Source: Carcharhinus longimanus
Taxonomy: Eukaryota
Direction of reading: 5' to 3'
Assembly (NCBI GenBank): GCA_030264375.1
Contig: JASCQW010000032.1
Coordinates: 3,278,610 to 3,342,609, forward strand
Length of the DNA: 64,000 bases
In this document: positions 25,535 through 37,959 of the stretch, one piece after another
Numbering within the stretch: the first letter of the stretch is position 1
How the letters are laid out: every line of letters starts with the position of its first letter
Position numbers and translations under genes: made by a program
The notes under the pieces: generated by a model
The model's database searches: none
The model's input: only the letters and a program-made list of their open reading frames with translations
What the model was told of the DNA's origin: nothing

Positions 25535-26400
25535 CTAAAGAACAAAGAAAAGTACAGCACAGGAGAAGGCCTTTGACCTTCCAAGTCTGTGTTGATCAAG
25601 ATGCCCAAGCTGAATTTTAAAAAACCTTCTGGCCTTACTCGGTCCGTATCTCTCTTCCCTTCCTATTCTTGTGCCGTCCGGGTGCCTCTTAAATGTTGCT
25701 AATGTGCCTGCTTCCACCACCACCTCTGGCAGCGCGTTCCAGCCACCTACCACTCTCCATGAAAATGGTCCCCGCACACCTCCCGAAACTTCCCCCCTCA
25801 CCTTGAACCTGAACCCCTCTGTAATCGATGCTTTAACCCTTAGACCTCTGTCTATTCACTATGTCAATGTCTCCTAATTCTGTAACCCTCTATCAGATTT
25901 CCCCTCAGCTTCCGTCTTTCCAGTGAAAACAGTCCTAATTTATTCAACCCCTCCTCATGGCCATCATCCTCAAGGCCAGGCAACAAGAAAGGTGAACCTT
26001 CTTGGCACTCTTTCCAAAGCTTGTGTATGTGGCGAGCAGAACTGTACGCAATACTCCAATGTGGCCTATCCGAGGTTTGATATAGCTGCAACATGATTTT
26101 CCAATTCTTGTACTTAACACCCTGGCTGATGAAGGCGACCATGCCATATGCCTTGGCCACCAGTGTTGCCACTTTTAGGGAACTGTGGACCTTCATGCCC
26201 AGATCCCCCTGTACATTAATATTCCTAAAAGTTCTGCCATTTACAGTATAATTTGCACCTAAATTTTATCCTTAATGCACCACCTCACATTTGCCCGGAT
26301 TAAACTCCATCTGCCATTTCTGTGCCTAAGTCTCCAATCTATCCTGTTGTATCCTCTGACAATGTCCAGCACCATCAGTAACTCCACCAATCTGTGTCAT
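25535..26400 (-). mobile_element. CR1 LINE 3' region
   Basis: AKAYGMVAFISQGVKYKNWKIMLQLY...LNKLGLFSLERRKLRGNLIE...RVVGGWNALP. Confidence 0.88.
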
Positions 26401-26719
26401 ACTGTCTCCAGCTTTGCTCTCCAGGTAATAGGAAAGACACTTATCTGTTGGGGATCAAGTAGAGAAGAGCCTCAAGATTGATGGTTAGTGTCTGTTTTAA
26501 GTTGGAGGAATAGGAGCACTTCAGAATGAAAGGAGGTGGCTTGAAAGATGACTGTAAGGGACTAAGATAAAAGTTCATTCTCAACTATGGGAATGAAATG
26601 GAAAGACAGGGGATCTTTGAGTGGGTAAGTTTAGATGTTAATTTGAGATATATCCGAGTGAGTAAATTTATTTGTTAGGTTAAGATCTCTATAATTGAGT
26701 AAATTTCGATCTTAGTGTA

Positions 26720-27475
26720 TAAGAACTCAAGCAGGAGTAATCCAACTGGAACCTTGAACCTCCACCATTCATTAAGATCATGGCTGATGTTTTTGTGGAC
26801 TCAGCTCCACTTACACACCCACTCACCATAACCCTTAATTCCTTTTACTGTTCAAAAATTTATCTATCCTTGCTTTAAAAATATTCAATGAGGTAGCCTC
26901 AACTGCTTCACTGGGCAAGGAATTCCACAGATTTACAACCTTTTGTGTGAAGAAGTTCCTCCTCAACTCAGTCCTAAATCTGCTCCTTCTTGTTTTGAGT
27001 TCTACTTTCACCCCCTCCCTGCTTCTATCTTATCTATTCATTTCATAATCTTGTATGTTTCTATAAGATCTCCTCTTATTTTTCTGAATTCCAATGAGTA
27101 TAGCCTCAGACTCTCCTCATAAGCCAACCCCCTCANNNNNNNNNNNNNNNNNNNNNNNNNNNNNNNNNNNNNNNNNNNNNNNNNNNNNNNNNNNNNNNNN
27201 NNNNNNNNNNNNNNNNNNNNNNNNNNNNNNNNNNNTTAAATGTTGCTAATGTGCCTGCTTCCACCACCACCTCTGGCAGCGCGTTCCAGGCACCCACCAC
27301 TCTCTGCGCGAAAAACTTTCCCCGCTCATCTCCCTTAAACTTTCCCCTTCTCACCCTGAACCTGCGCCCCCTTGTAATTGACACTTCCACCCTTGGAAAA
27401 AGCCTCCGACTATCCACCCTGTCAGTGCCTAGCATTTTGTAGACCTCAATCAAGTTACCCCTCAGGCTCCACCTT
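26720..27475 (-). mobile_element. Two CR1 LINE 3' fragments (gapped)
   Basis: LIEVYKML..DRVDSRRLFP...FFAQRVVGAWNALP, plus a CR1 3' UTR at 26720-26850. Confidence 0.85.
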
Positions 27476-27579
27476 TCACTGGCTGGTGAGTAGACTGTTG
27501 TCCGCTGTCAAGATGCCTCACTCCTCGGGACATTTTCTTTCTGCTGTTTTTCTTCTTCTTCCTTTATTGTACACCGCAG

Positions 27580-27615
27580 GGATATTCCGAGCATAAATCC
27601 ACTCTTAGGCTACAG
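27580..27615 (+). CDS. DGKG: Candidate alternative 36-nt micro-exon (GYSEHKSTLRLQ)
   Basis: About 40-nt pyrimidine tract and cgcag acceptor, CAG|gtatca donor, phase 0-0, no stop, 103-nt intron to the next exon. No transcript evidence available. Confidence 0.55.
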
Positions 27616-27718
27616 GTATCAGAAAGTTTCCAGGATTTCCGACTGGTAAAACCAACAAGATGTAGATACGCTGGAATCAGATTTGATTAATTGTTTGGGT
27701 TGGTTTTCTGTTTTAAAG

Positions 27719-27835
27719 GATAGACAGCCCAATCAGAAAAAGGCTGAAAATGATTCACCAACTACCACAAGTTCAGATGATAACAATCAGGCTTTTAAAT
27801 ACAACTCGACAACAGTAGATGGGCAAGGACTGCAG
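27719..27835 (+). CDS. DGKG: DGK exon, C1B-catalytic linker (DRQPNQKKAENDSPTTTSSDDNNQAFKYNSTTVDGQGLQ)
   Basis: ttttaaag acceptor, CAG|gtatgt donor, 117 nt, phase 0-0. Ends in the type I DGK motif VDGQGLQ. Confidence 0.9.
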
Positions 27836-28004
27836 GTATGTCAAAAAGATCAATTTATCAGCAATTCCCATTTATTAACGTGAAATGTAAAAGGATTGAT
27901 GTGACCCCTGGTGAAGGTGGAACTGGAGAGGCTTGAAAATAGACAGCTTTGCCGCACCAATTTTTATATACTTACCTGTCTGACATCAAGAGGACTGAGC
28001 AAAG

Positions 28005-28378
28005 TGGGTGGCACAGTGGTTAGCACTGCTGCCTCACAGCACTAGGGACCCAGGTTCAATTCCGGACCCAGGTTCCAGTCCAGCCCCAGGTGTCTGTGTG
28101 TGTGTGTGTGTGTCTGTGTGTGTGTGTGTGTCTGTGTGTGTGTAGTTTGCATGTTCTCCCCATGTCTGCATGGGTTTCCTCCGGGTGCTCCGATTTCCTC
28201 TCACTGTCCAAAGAGGTGCAGGATAGTTGGATTGGCCCGGCTAAATTGCCCCTTAGTGTCAGGGGAATTAGTAGGGTAAATATGTGGGGTTACAGGGGGG
28301 TAGGACCTGGGTGGGATTGTTGTCGGTGCAGGCTCGATGAGCCAAATGGCGGCCTTCTGCCCTATAGATTCTATGAAA
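28005..28378 (+). mobile_element. HE1/V-SINE with an internal (TG/TC)n microsatellite at 28089-28143
   Basis: Full head, V domain and tail. Dinucleotide expansion at the tgtctgtgtg motif. Confidence 0.85.
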
Positions 28379-28804
28379 GCTGACACATGAGTAACATGCT
28401 AACAGCTGAGGAAGGAATCTGCAGCAACCATGAGGATGAATTGCTGTTGTGTTGTGCTGTTTGGTATAAACAACAGCAATAATATTTTGATCTTAGGTTC
28501 GAAAGAGAGATGCAGAGGTTTTAAATTTAAGCAAGCCCAATTTTGCAGGGCTAAGAAATGAATTAACCTCCGGTTAACTGGGCTAAACTTGAGCAGAAAT
28601 TCTGGGAAAGCTATAAAAAGCAACGAAGGGAGCAAAAGAGATAGGAGCAAAACCCTGCAACGGATGTCAGAATCAACAGAAAAATGTTTCACTCATAAAT
28701 CAAGAGAGTGCTATCAGGGCATATGGACCCATTAAAGACAGATTCAAGTCATACAGTAGGGTAAAGACGCCACAATTGCAGATGACCAAAGTCTAATGGT
28801 ATTC

Positions 28805-28978
28805 AAGGGGCAGAGCTGACTGGTGATGATTTAACCTGAAGATTGCCAAACCTCAAGGCGAGGGGCACGATTGAGAAGACGAACCTTCATCAATAACCTC
28901 AGCCAGTAAGGGAGTTGAACCCGCACTGTTGGCATCGCTCCACATCAGTAACCAGCTGTCCAGCCAACTGAGCTAAAT
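28805..28978 (-). mobile_element. tRNA-derived SINE (distinct family)
   Basis: Minus strand ttagctcagttggctggacagctgg...gcgggttcaactccc carries A and B boxes. Confidence 0.6.
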
Positions 28979-29439
28979 TGGACACTCCACCTCCCACGCA
29001 ACTGCCTCCCCCACCCAACCCCATCCCAGAGCTCACATCAGTGGAGGACGCATTCAATTCTTATCTAATTAGCCTGTTTTCTTATATTATAACATGGTGA
29101 AACCCACTATTCGTTCTCGATTGTATATTATAAAACTGCATAAAATGTACAAAAGTAACATATTAATTTTGAAGCTTTTCATTAACCAAACATGGTTTAG
29201 AAGGATGTTTGTGCCAGAGGGGTAGTCTAATCTGTGTGGTACTAGTTTGAAGGATGTGCAAAAACAGCGGGACATGGGGGCACATATTCACAAACCTTTG
29301 AACTCAGCAGCGCAAATTGATAACGCTGTTAAGGAAGCGTTCAGGATACTTGTCTTTGTAAATAGAGCGCTAAATCTACATGAACTGCTACGATTGTAAA
29401 ACAGCTAAACAAGGCGGGCATTGTGTGCATTATATAATA

Positions 29440-29660
29440 AGAAGATGAACAACCAGTTTTTTTGGTAACTGGTTAAGGGTCGGAAAATTGGAGTTTTCTT
29501 CAAATAATTCATTATCTTCCACCCAAACGACCAAGGCAGGCAGTTTAATGTTCTGAAAAATGGCACCTCCAACAATGCAGTACACTAGCTCAGTAAAGGT
29601 TACATCCTGGACCAAGACGCAGAGGCACATTTTCTGATTGAGAGAAGAGAGATGCTGCTA
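29440..29660 (-). mobile_element. DeuSINE/SacSINE1-like fragment
   Basis: tttaatgttctgaaaaatggcacctccaacaatgcagtacac resembles the reverse of the conserved Deu domain. Confidence 0.45.
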
Positions 29661-30204
29661 CAAGTCAAAATAGCAACNNNNNNNNNNNNNNNNNNNNNNN
29701 NNNNNNNNNNNNNNNNNNNNNNNNNNNNNNNNNNNNNNNNNNNNNNNNNNNNNNNNNNNNNNNNNNNNNNNNNNNNNNNNNNNNNNNNNNNNNNNNNNNN
29801 NNNNNNNNNNNNNNNNNNNNNNNNNNNNNNNNNNNNNNNNNNNNNNNNNNNNNNNNNNNNNNNNNNNNNNNNNNNNNNNNNNNNNNNNNNNNNNNNNNNN
29901 NNNNNNNNNNNNNNNNNNNNNNNNNNNNNNNNNNNNNNNNNNNNNNNNNNNNNNNNNNNNNNNNNNNNNNNNNNNNNNNNNNNNNNNNNNNNNNNNNNNN
30001 NNNNNNNNNNNNNNNNNNNNNNNNNNNNNNNNNNNNNNNNNNNNNNNNNNNNNNNNNNNNNNNNNNNNNNNNNNNNNNNNNNNNNNNNNNNNNNNNNNNN
30101 NNNNNNNNNNNNNNNNNNNNNNNNNNNNNNNNNNNNNNNNNNNNNNNNNNNNNNNNNNNNNNNNNNNNNNNNNNNNNNNNNNNNNNNNNNNNNNNNNNNN
30201 NNNN

Positions 30205-30335
30205 AGAAAAATACTGCGGATGCTGGAATCTGAAACAAAAACAGAAAATGCTGGAAAATCTCAACAGGTCTGATACCATCCGTGGGGAGAGAATAAAGCC
30301 AATGTTTCGAGTCTAGCTGACCTTTCGTCAGAGAC
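30205..30335 (-). mobile_element. Penelope-derived pLTR-type repeat with a hammerhead core, related to 17955-18075, 36917-37118, 39660-39778 and 45690-45785
   Basis: Minus strand CTGACGA-aaggtc-agcta-gactc-GAAA-cattggc followed by the shared gacctgttgagattttccagcattttctg body. Confidence 0.65.
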
Positions 30336-31619
30336 AGAAATCCATTGATGTGACCACAGTGAAGAGAACGAGCAATTGGTTCCACGACTGAAAGTTACAT
30401 AAAAGTATCAAAGTCGCAAGTAGATTTTGAACACATTGTATAAAGTGGAGAATGGACGTTTAAGTGGAACATGGATGGATAACTACTGCAATGTTCTAAT
30501 AGTTAGAATCTCTACTATTTACATAAGAAATCTCACACAAGTAGAACAAATCACTCAATATATTGCACCCCTTCATAGGCATCGTGCAATACTAGTAAAA
30601 ATATAAAGAGATTATTTTAATGTCAAATATACCTTTTATTATACAACTGTAAGCAACAAGTTAACTACCCAATGTTCTGCTAACTTGTTGTAATTGAATT
30701 TTTAAAAATCAAACTATCTATTGATTTGCTGTTGTGAATCACCCATTTGAAAGCCTCCTAGCATGCTAAAAATATTCGTTCGAAATATACATAGAACATG
30801 AAAAAAAACCTTTAAATATAAATGGCTCATGACATTTTTTTAGTAAACTGTTGTCACTGGTTTGTCAGCCTATATTTAATAACCATGTAATTATCCATGT
30901 GTACTGCGCTACCACGTTAAAAAACAAGTCAATGTTACTGCTCTGTTTAAAACCGTTAGATGACATTTGTTGTTATTAGTCAGGGATTACTGTGGACCTC
31001 TTGCGTGGAAACATTGTTTATTCTCTGTACACAAATACATTGTACAGCCACCACAAGTGCATTTTCTCTTGAAAATAAATATTAATACATGGCAATTTTT
31101 CAATTTTTTAATATAACTATTTGCTTTCATCTTTCTGGGATAGAAGGCTGATAGGAGTGCAAACTTTACCTCTTCGCAAGGGCAAAAAGCGTATTGTCAC
31201 TTTACATGAACCATTTTACTGAAAATATATTGCTATGGGAGTTAAATTTTATTTATGCCTAACACTAATCAATAATCCACCTCTCCAAACTTGTGAATAA
31301 GGTGATATGAAAAGTAAATGTAATCCCCTGTTCACAAATCCTTCTTTTTGTTTTCACAATTTTGGCCATGCCTTTCTGTCAACGTTTACCATCGCCAACT
31401 GCAATGCCAATATTTTCTATTTGATTTAGCTCGAAAAGGTTACAAGAAAACAAAAGGTTGGATGAACTAGCTGGTCCCTTCCTGCCCCTTTCCATATTGT
31501 TGTTGAAGGCTGGTGTTAATGGGATTGAGGGTTATAGATAGGCCTGGTAGGTAGGGATATGATCGGTGCAACTTGTGGGCCGAAGGACCTGTTTGTGCTG
31601 TAGTGTTCTATGTTCTAAG

Positions 31620-32440
31620 GCTCTGGCCACTAGGTGGGTCTGTGGAGCGTGCTTCAGAAGTTCCTCTCAGGTTAGTCCCAAAGACAATGGGCCGAATGTA
31701 CGTGAGGAAGAGGAAGGGGCTCAGGATGTGCCCTTTGGGGGCTGTGTGTTATGAAGAGCATTGTTGTGGCTATGATCAAACCGTTAAGAGCAAAGCCGAG
31801 AAAGTGTAGTATCACTGAGCTGAATAACAGAGAAGCTTGGGATTAGAACGGGGAGGTTCACTTGTCAAAAAAGGTCACATACAACAAGGATGGATAATAT
31901 ACAGTTTTCACAGAGGATATTATTTGTGATGCTGGTTGGCGTTGGTTCGATGCTGTGCCAGAGATGGGAGCAGAATGGAGTTGCAGAGAAGATGGGTACC
32001 GAGTTGGGGTGGTAGAGTTCAAGGTCTGAAGGATCAACGGTGCTTTTGTTTTGAGGAGGAGGATGATAATGGGTATTTATCAGGGGACCACGTGAGACAT
32101 TTACCATGTAACTACTGGCACAATAATCAGAAAGGGAAGTTGAGTGGTCAGCAGTTTACTGGAAATGGGATCATAGGAAGCACACGTGGTTCTCTGGGAT
32201 AAGGTGGTCTCAAGAAAGGGATGAGGGAGATATGAAGGAGAATCAAAAAAAGTCAGTGCAAGAAGTAGGGGGAAAATTGACCAAGGGGAGGGATGGGAAT
32301 CAGTAGAGGGAACTCAGTAGATGGCCTCAATCATTGTGGCAAAGAAGCCCAATTGCTTCTTCCATGTGGTCATGGGTTTGTGGAGAGAGGTTTAGAGAAG
32401 ATTAATTGTGAAGACAAGAAGTCAGGATTTTGCCAGCTCT
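31620..32440 (-). mobile_element. Decayed L2-type LINE ORF2 region
   Basis: Purine-rich + strand, with DPISSKLLT-like and LFSVI..L-like motifs on the minus strand. Confidence 0.5.
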
Positions 32441-33231
32441 CCATAGAAGCAGTAGGTCATTCAAACCCTTAAGATTGTTCCAATAATTAGAGCAGAGCTG
32501 ATGTGAATCTGAATATTGCTCTTAGCTATCCAGTGTACTGCATGCATAGGCTAGTACCTTGGTTAACTAGGTGTGTTTCAATCATTATCCAGGTGACACT
32601 GTGGGCAGAATTTTACCGTCCCACCCACCAAGGGAATCAGTGGGACACAGACCATACAGAGTTCTGTTGACCTCGGGTGGAATTTTCCAGTCTTGGGGCA
32701 ATCATGGCTGGACAATCTTACCCTTTACCTTGAGTGTGTAAGCAATAGAATAGAAACCTGCCAGGTATCCTGTGCTTGCTTCAATTTCCCCCCACCATTG
32801 TGTTGCTTTGACCAAATCTTAAACAGTTCTTTCCCATAACCTCTTCTGCGGGAATCTTTATAATGCTGTCTGGAAGTTAACATGGACAACATCCAGGTAC
32901 AGTCCTCTGTCCATCATGCTAGTGACTCCCTTGGAAATTCAACTAGCTTAATCAGATATGATCCACCTTTCCCAAATCTAAACCCCCTCTGATCAGCTCA
33001 TACACATTCCAGTGCTGAGTCCCAGATGAAAGATTCCAGTCAATACCAGAACTGTCAGACCAATAGTTCCCTGAGTTCTGCCACCGTCCCTTTTTAATTA
33101 ATGGCAATTTTTCCAACAAAAGGCACAATTCCTGAATGTAGATAGTTTTAGAAAATGATGATGAACACAGTGGAAATTTTCCCATCTATCTCCTTTGGTA
33201 ACAGTTGTTAGGACTCGAGGATCTGTCCATC

Positions 33232-33528
33232 TGGGTGGCACAGTGGTTAGCACAGCTGCCTCACGGCACCGGAGACCTGGATTCGATTCCAGGCTTGGGT
33301 CACTTGCTGTGTGGGGTTTGCACGTTCTCCCTGTGTCTGTGTGGGTTTCCTCTGGGTGCTCTGGTTTCCTCCCACAGACCAAAAGACATGCTGGTTAGGT
33401 GCATTGACCGTGCTAAATTCTCCCTCAGTGTACCCGAACAGGTACCAGAGCATGGCAACTAAGGGATTTTCACAGTAACTTCACTGTAGTATTAATGTAC
33501 GTCTACTTGCGATACTAATAAATTAAAA
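33232..33528 (+). mobile_element. V-SINE with an alternative (non-CR1) 3' tail
   Basis: Same head and V domain as HE1, but the tail is gattttcacagtaacttca...ctacttgcgatactaataaa. Confidence 0.8.
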
Positions 33529-34211
33529 AATTCTAGTGTCCTGTAAGTTTTCAATTCCCACATTTTAAAAACTGATATCAAATCCAAGAAGCTCTTACTT
33601 TTTAGATTCCTTGGGATTTTGTGGTAATTTTATAAGTCTGCTCTTTGCTTGTAATCATAGCCAAATATCCTGAATGCTTTCTAATTAGCTTACCTCATTA
33701 CCATGTTCATCTTAGGATAACAAATGTACTGTCCCAAGTAACTTAGAGAAAGGAATTATGTTTTATGAACTACAGGAGAAAATGTATTTAATAATTACCC
33801 AGGTTGCATAATGAAAATGCTGAATTAGCATAAATATGTTTTGCTACTTTTATTAATGTAATAAGTTTCCTTTCCAATTTCATTGAGAGAGAGAAGTTAG
33901 TGGCTATTGTGAAAATTTCACGACTTTCATCCATTCCTGTCACTTCATTGTATTTCCAAAAATGTAAGTGTGCTTTGAATGGTACAAAGCAAATTTCATA
34001 CCTAGTGTTAAAGTCTACAGTTTGCCTTCTGTTCTGAACACTTCTAGTGTGGCTATTACACTAAAGGCTAATTATGTCTACAACTTAAGTACTGAGTGGG
34101 TAAGAGGGGTTCCATTTCATGAAATATTGGCACCAATACTGGACAGGAAATACTGTAACTATTCCTCTGGGATGAGCTCAACTCAAACAAGAGTGGGGCT
34201 GGTGTCCTATT

Positions 34212-34508
34212 GAATCACAGAATCCCTACAGTGCAGAAGGAGGCCGTTCTGGGTGGGATTGTGGTCAGTGCAGACTCACCACATCGAGTCTGCACCGACC
34301 ACAATCCCACCCGGGCTCTATTCCTGTACCGTCACATATTTACCCTAGTAATCCACCTGACACTAGAGTCAAATTTAGCATGGCCAGTCAAACTAACCCG
34401 CACATCACACAGACACAGGAAGAACATGCAAACTGCACAGATAGTGACCCGAGGTCGGAATCGAATCCAGGTCCCTGGCGCTGTGAGGCAGTGATGCTAG
34501 TCACTGTG
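34212..34508 (-). mobile_element. HE1/V-SINE (rearranged)
   Basis: Reverse SINE with a short inverted copy of its own tail at about 34250-34276. Confidence 0.75.
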
Positions 34509-34862
34509 AAAGCATCGCGTGAACAGTGAAAAGGGTAAGAAGGGTTATAGATAGAACTTTCATCTTATAGGGTGGAAGAAGGCGTCTGGTAAAAATTAAA
34601 GTGAGTCTGAAGACAAATGAGGCTAAAGGTTAGACCAGGGTAAGGAACAAGGATAGCATGCAGTGCCACAGAACAAGTACAGATCTTAAAACTGATATAG
34701 AAAAGGACTGTCAAAACAAAATAAAAGGAATAACTATTGATGACAAATTAAACTGCCTGCACAGCAATGGAAATAGCATCCAAGTGAAATGGAAAAGGTG
34801 GAAGCAATAATCTATATCAAGGGACCACGTGTAATAAGGATAACTGAGACATAGATAAATGT

Positions 34863-35060
34863 CATGATGTGCAGATGCCGGCATTAGACTGGGGTAAACA
34901 CAGTAAGAAGTCTGACAACACCAGGTTTAATTCCAACCAATTTGTTTGATAGTAAATTCACTAGCTTTCGAGGTTTCCCTCTCCGTCAGGTGAATGGAGA
35001 GTTCTGGCCTCAGACAGAGCATATAAAGCACAGACAGTTTAAAGATTATTGATTAGAATG
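34863..35060 (-). mobile_element. Penelope pLTR-type repeat with a near-intact hammerhead (34958-34993); related copies at 35496-35650, 47310-47385 and 47872-48000
   Basis: Minus strand reads TCAC-CTGACGG-A-GAGG-gaaa-CCTC-GAAA-GC-TA-GTGA. Confidence 0.7.
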
Positions 35061-35207
35061 ACTGTGCCAGGCGCTTCATTGGTCAATGTGCCAACCTGGA
35101 ACAGCATTCTGCCCTTGACAAATTGGGGCCAAATGCCCCTTTCTACCTTCTTTCCCACACTTTTACCACATTTTTACTTTGCTCTGGAGCATTGTTTCAA
35201 TTTTTAA

Positions 35208-35395
35208 GGCGATGGCCTCGTAGTGTTATCACTAGACAATTAATCCAGGAATGTTAATCAGCTAATGTTCTGGGGACCCGGGTTCAAATCCCGTCACAGC
35301 AGTTGGTGGAATAGGAATTCAATTTTAAAAAGTCTGGAATTAAGAGTCTACTGAATACCATGAAACCACTGTTGATTGTCGGAGAAACCAATTTG
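35208..35395 (+). mobile_element. tRNA-derived SINE (another family), cut by a gap
   Basis: tggcctcgtagtg (A-box-like) ... gggttcaaatccc (B box). Confidence 0.6.
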
Positions 35396-35772
35396 NNNNN
35401 NNNNNNNNNNNNNNNNNNNNNNNNNNNNNNNNNNNNNNNNNNNNNNNNNNNNNNNNNNNNNNNNNNNNNNNNNNNNNNNNNNNNNNNNNNNNNNNTTCTG
35501 GCCTCAGACAGAGCATATAAAGCACAGACAGTTTACAGATTACTGGTTAGAATGCGAATCTTTACACCTAACTGTGCTCAGTGCTCCTTCCACTCACACT
35601 GTTAGCCACTTTAAAACTTGAATAGCAGGTTAGGTGTAAAGATTCGCATCCTGAAGTCGGTGGACCTTTGCAGTGGTCTGCCCCTGTCTTCTATGATTCC
35701 CAGGACAAGAGAATTCCAGGCTTTAAGTGCTCCAAAAGAAATTAGCGAGAAGAGGTAAAGAAAAGGTTATTG

Positions 35773-36100
35773 GGGCGCCAGTGTGACACAGTGGTTAGCA
35801 CTGCTGCCTCACAGCGCCAGGGACCTGGGTTCGATTTCCAGCTTGGGCCACTGTCTGTATGGAGTTTGCACGTTCTCCTCGTGTCGGCATGAATTTCCTC
35901 CGGGTGCTCCGGGTTTCCGCCGCAGTCCAAAGATTTTGTGGGTTAGGTGAATTGGCCATAATAAATTGTCCCTTAGTGTCATGGGGTCTAGCAGGGTAAA
36001 TGCATGGGGTCATGGGGATAGGACCTGGGTGGGATTGTGGTTGGTGCAGACTTGATGGGCCGAATGGCTGCCTTCTGCACTGTTGGGATTCTATTCTATG
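35773..36100 (+). mobile_element. HE1/V-SINE
   Basis: Full-length copy with a CR1-type tail. Confidence 0.85.
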
Positions 36101-36916
36101 GAATGGAGTATTTTTACAGCGTTTGCAGGACTCCTATTTTGCCCTGTGAGGGAAATGAACCAGAACAAGAAAGAGCAGGGGAAAATCTTGACAATAGCAA
36201 TCACAACACTGTCAGTTTGCGATAAACATTGAGAAAGACCTAATTATAGACAAGGTTTTTAAAATTCAGGCAAAGCTGGTTTGTTAAGAGCGCGGATTCA
36301 GGGAAACTAAAACTGAAAACGTTTACTGACAAGCCAAGAAATGCAGCATTTAAAACCTTGACCGATAGATTCCAAGAGAAAAGTCCCAGTAAAAACAAAG
36401 ACAAAGTAGCTGATAATGAAACACCCTGATTGAGTGAAGAAATAAGGGCTAAATTGAGAGCAAAGATAAAATATGTCGGGGGTAAAAAGGAGAGGATAAC
36501 GAAAGGTCATACAAAAATGTTGAAAAACTAGTCAACAAAGTAGTTTGGAAAGTTATGAAAAATTACAGAATTGAATTATCAGAGAATATTAAAAAATCTA
36601 TAATATTCAGCTTTTGCCTCTCTGAACAGTTTTGGTCAGTTTAAGGGGTGTATTTGTTGGTGGGTTTATATGGCTCAGTGGATGCATGGATGGGAGCTCA
36701 TGTTGCACATGTGGGTGATATTGGCAGAGAGCAAAAACAGGTGGATGATGAGGGGAGGCCAGTAACAGAATTATCCTGGCTGCAGAAACTGTTCCTGTGA
36801 GGGATGTAATTAGAATCACACAATCCCTACAGTGCAGAAAGAGGCCATTTGGCCCATCGAGCTACACCACCGATGACAAATCTTCCCTGGCCCTATCCCA
36901 GTAACCAAAATCAAAG

Positions 36917-37104
36917 GAGAAAATGCTGGAAAATCTCAGCAGGTTTGACAGCATCTGTAAGGAGAGAAAAGAGCTGACGTTTCGAGTCCCGGTGATCCTT
37001 TGTCAAGGTAGCTTTTACAAAGGGTCATCTGGACTTGATATTATCAGCTCTTTTCTCTCCTTACAGATGCTGCCAGACCTGTTGAGATTTTCCAGCATTT
37101 TCTC
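36917..37104. repeat. Fold-back repeat with ~90-bp arms made of two head-to-head pLTR/hammerhead units
   Basis: gagaaaatgctggaaaatctcagcaggtttgacagcatctgtaaggagagaaaagagctga pairs with tcagctcttttctctccttacagatgctgccagacctgttgagattttccagcattttctc. Confidence 0.85.
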
Positions 37105-37959
37105 TTTTGGTTTCAGATTNNNNNNNNNNNNNNNNNNNNNNNNNNNNNNNNNNNNNNNNNNNNNNNNNNNNNNNNNNNNNNNNNNNNNNNNNNNNNNNNN
37201 NNNNNNNNNNNNNNNNNNNTCATAATTGGGCGTTTAAATGTCATTATTGAGCTGGAAGCCTGATAACTGTGCTCCTGTGATATAACCCCATCCCCAGTGG
37301 GAGGTCCAGTGACCAGGATTTGATAAACGTGGATCTGGCACCTTGGACTCCAAGGGGTGGCAAGGAGGGGGTCTGCTGGCACCAGGGGCTTCTGAGAGAA
37401 AGCAAGGACAATCTTTTTTTTTGCAGAATGGAATGCTGCTGTGATTTTAAAGAATCCTAAGTATCCGAGAAGCATGGATATTAAAGTGACCAGGCCACTT
37501 CAACACAGGTTTCACAGCACCACAGATCAGAATGAACAGAAAGCTGACTGAGTTCGTCATGCCAAGAGTGATCTTCACCTTTCCCAGGGTATGAAGGGGA
37601 AGACCAGCTACGAGACTCCCCCATCTCCCCATCCAGTGGAAAGTCCCGAGGTCAACCCTTTCCCCTCAGCCTGAGCCCACCAGGTCTTTTTTGGAACCCT
37701 CCCTCTGCAGTTTGGAGCAACAGAAGGGAACATGAGCACTGATTTCCTTGCCTCCCCCTTCCCATCCCCTCACTCAGAGCCCAAGGCACCAGTCAGGATG
37801 TCCCCGCCAGGTATCCGCATCGGGGACAGTGCAGGTTTGGCACTGCCAATGGATAGGGCCTGAGGGCATTCCCGTGCTTTGTGCAGGGATCCCTCAGCAC
37901 ATCCCAACCGAGGAACTTGGAAGTTATGGGCCAGTGTTCTAGGTCAGTGACCTTTCAGC

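Noticed and set aside
27466-27491. Strong-looking donor ctg|gtgagt upstream of the micro-exon
   Set aside because: The implied exon is 20 nt, out of frame, and lies at the edge of an antisense CR1 fragment.
31144-31190. Possible cassette exon after a tag acceptor (KADRSANFTSSQGQK..)
   Set aside because: The length to the nearest GT is 47 nt (44 with the next AG), which would frameshift, and the splice sites are weak.
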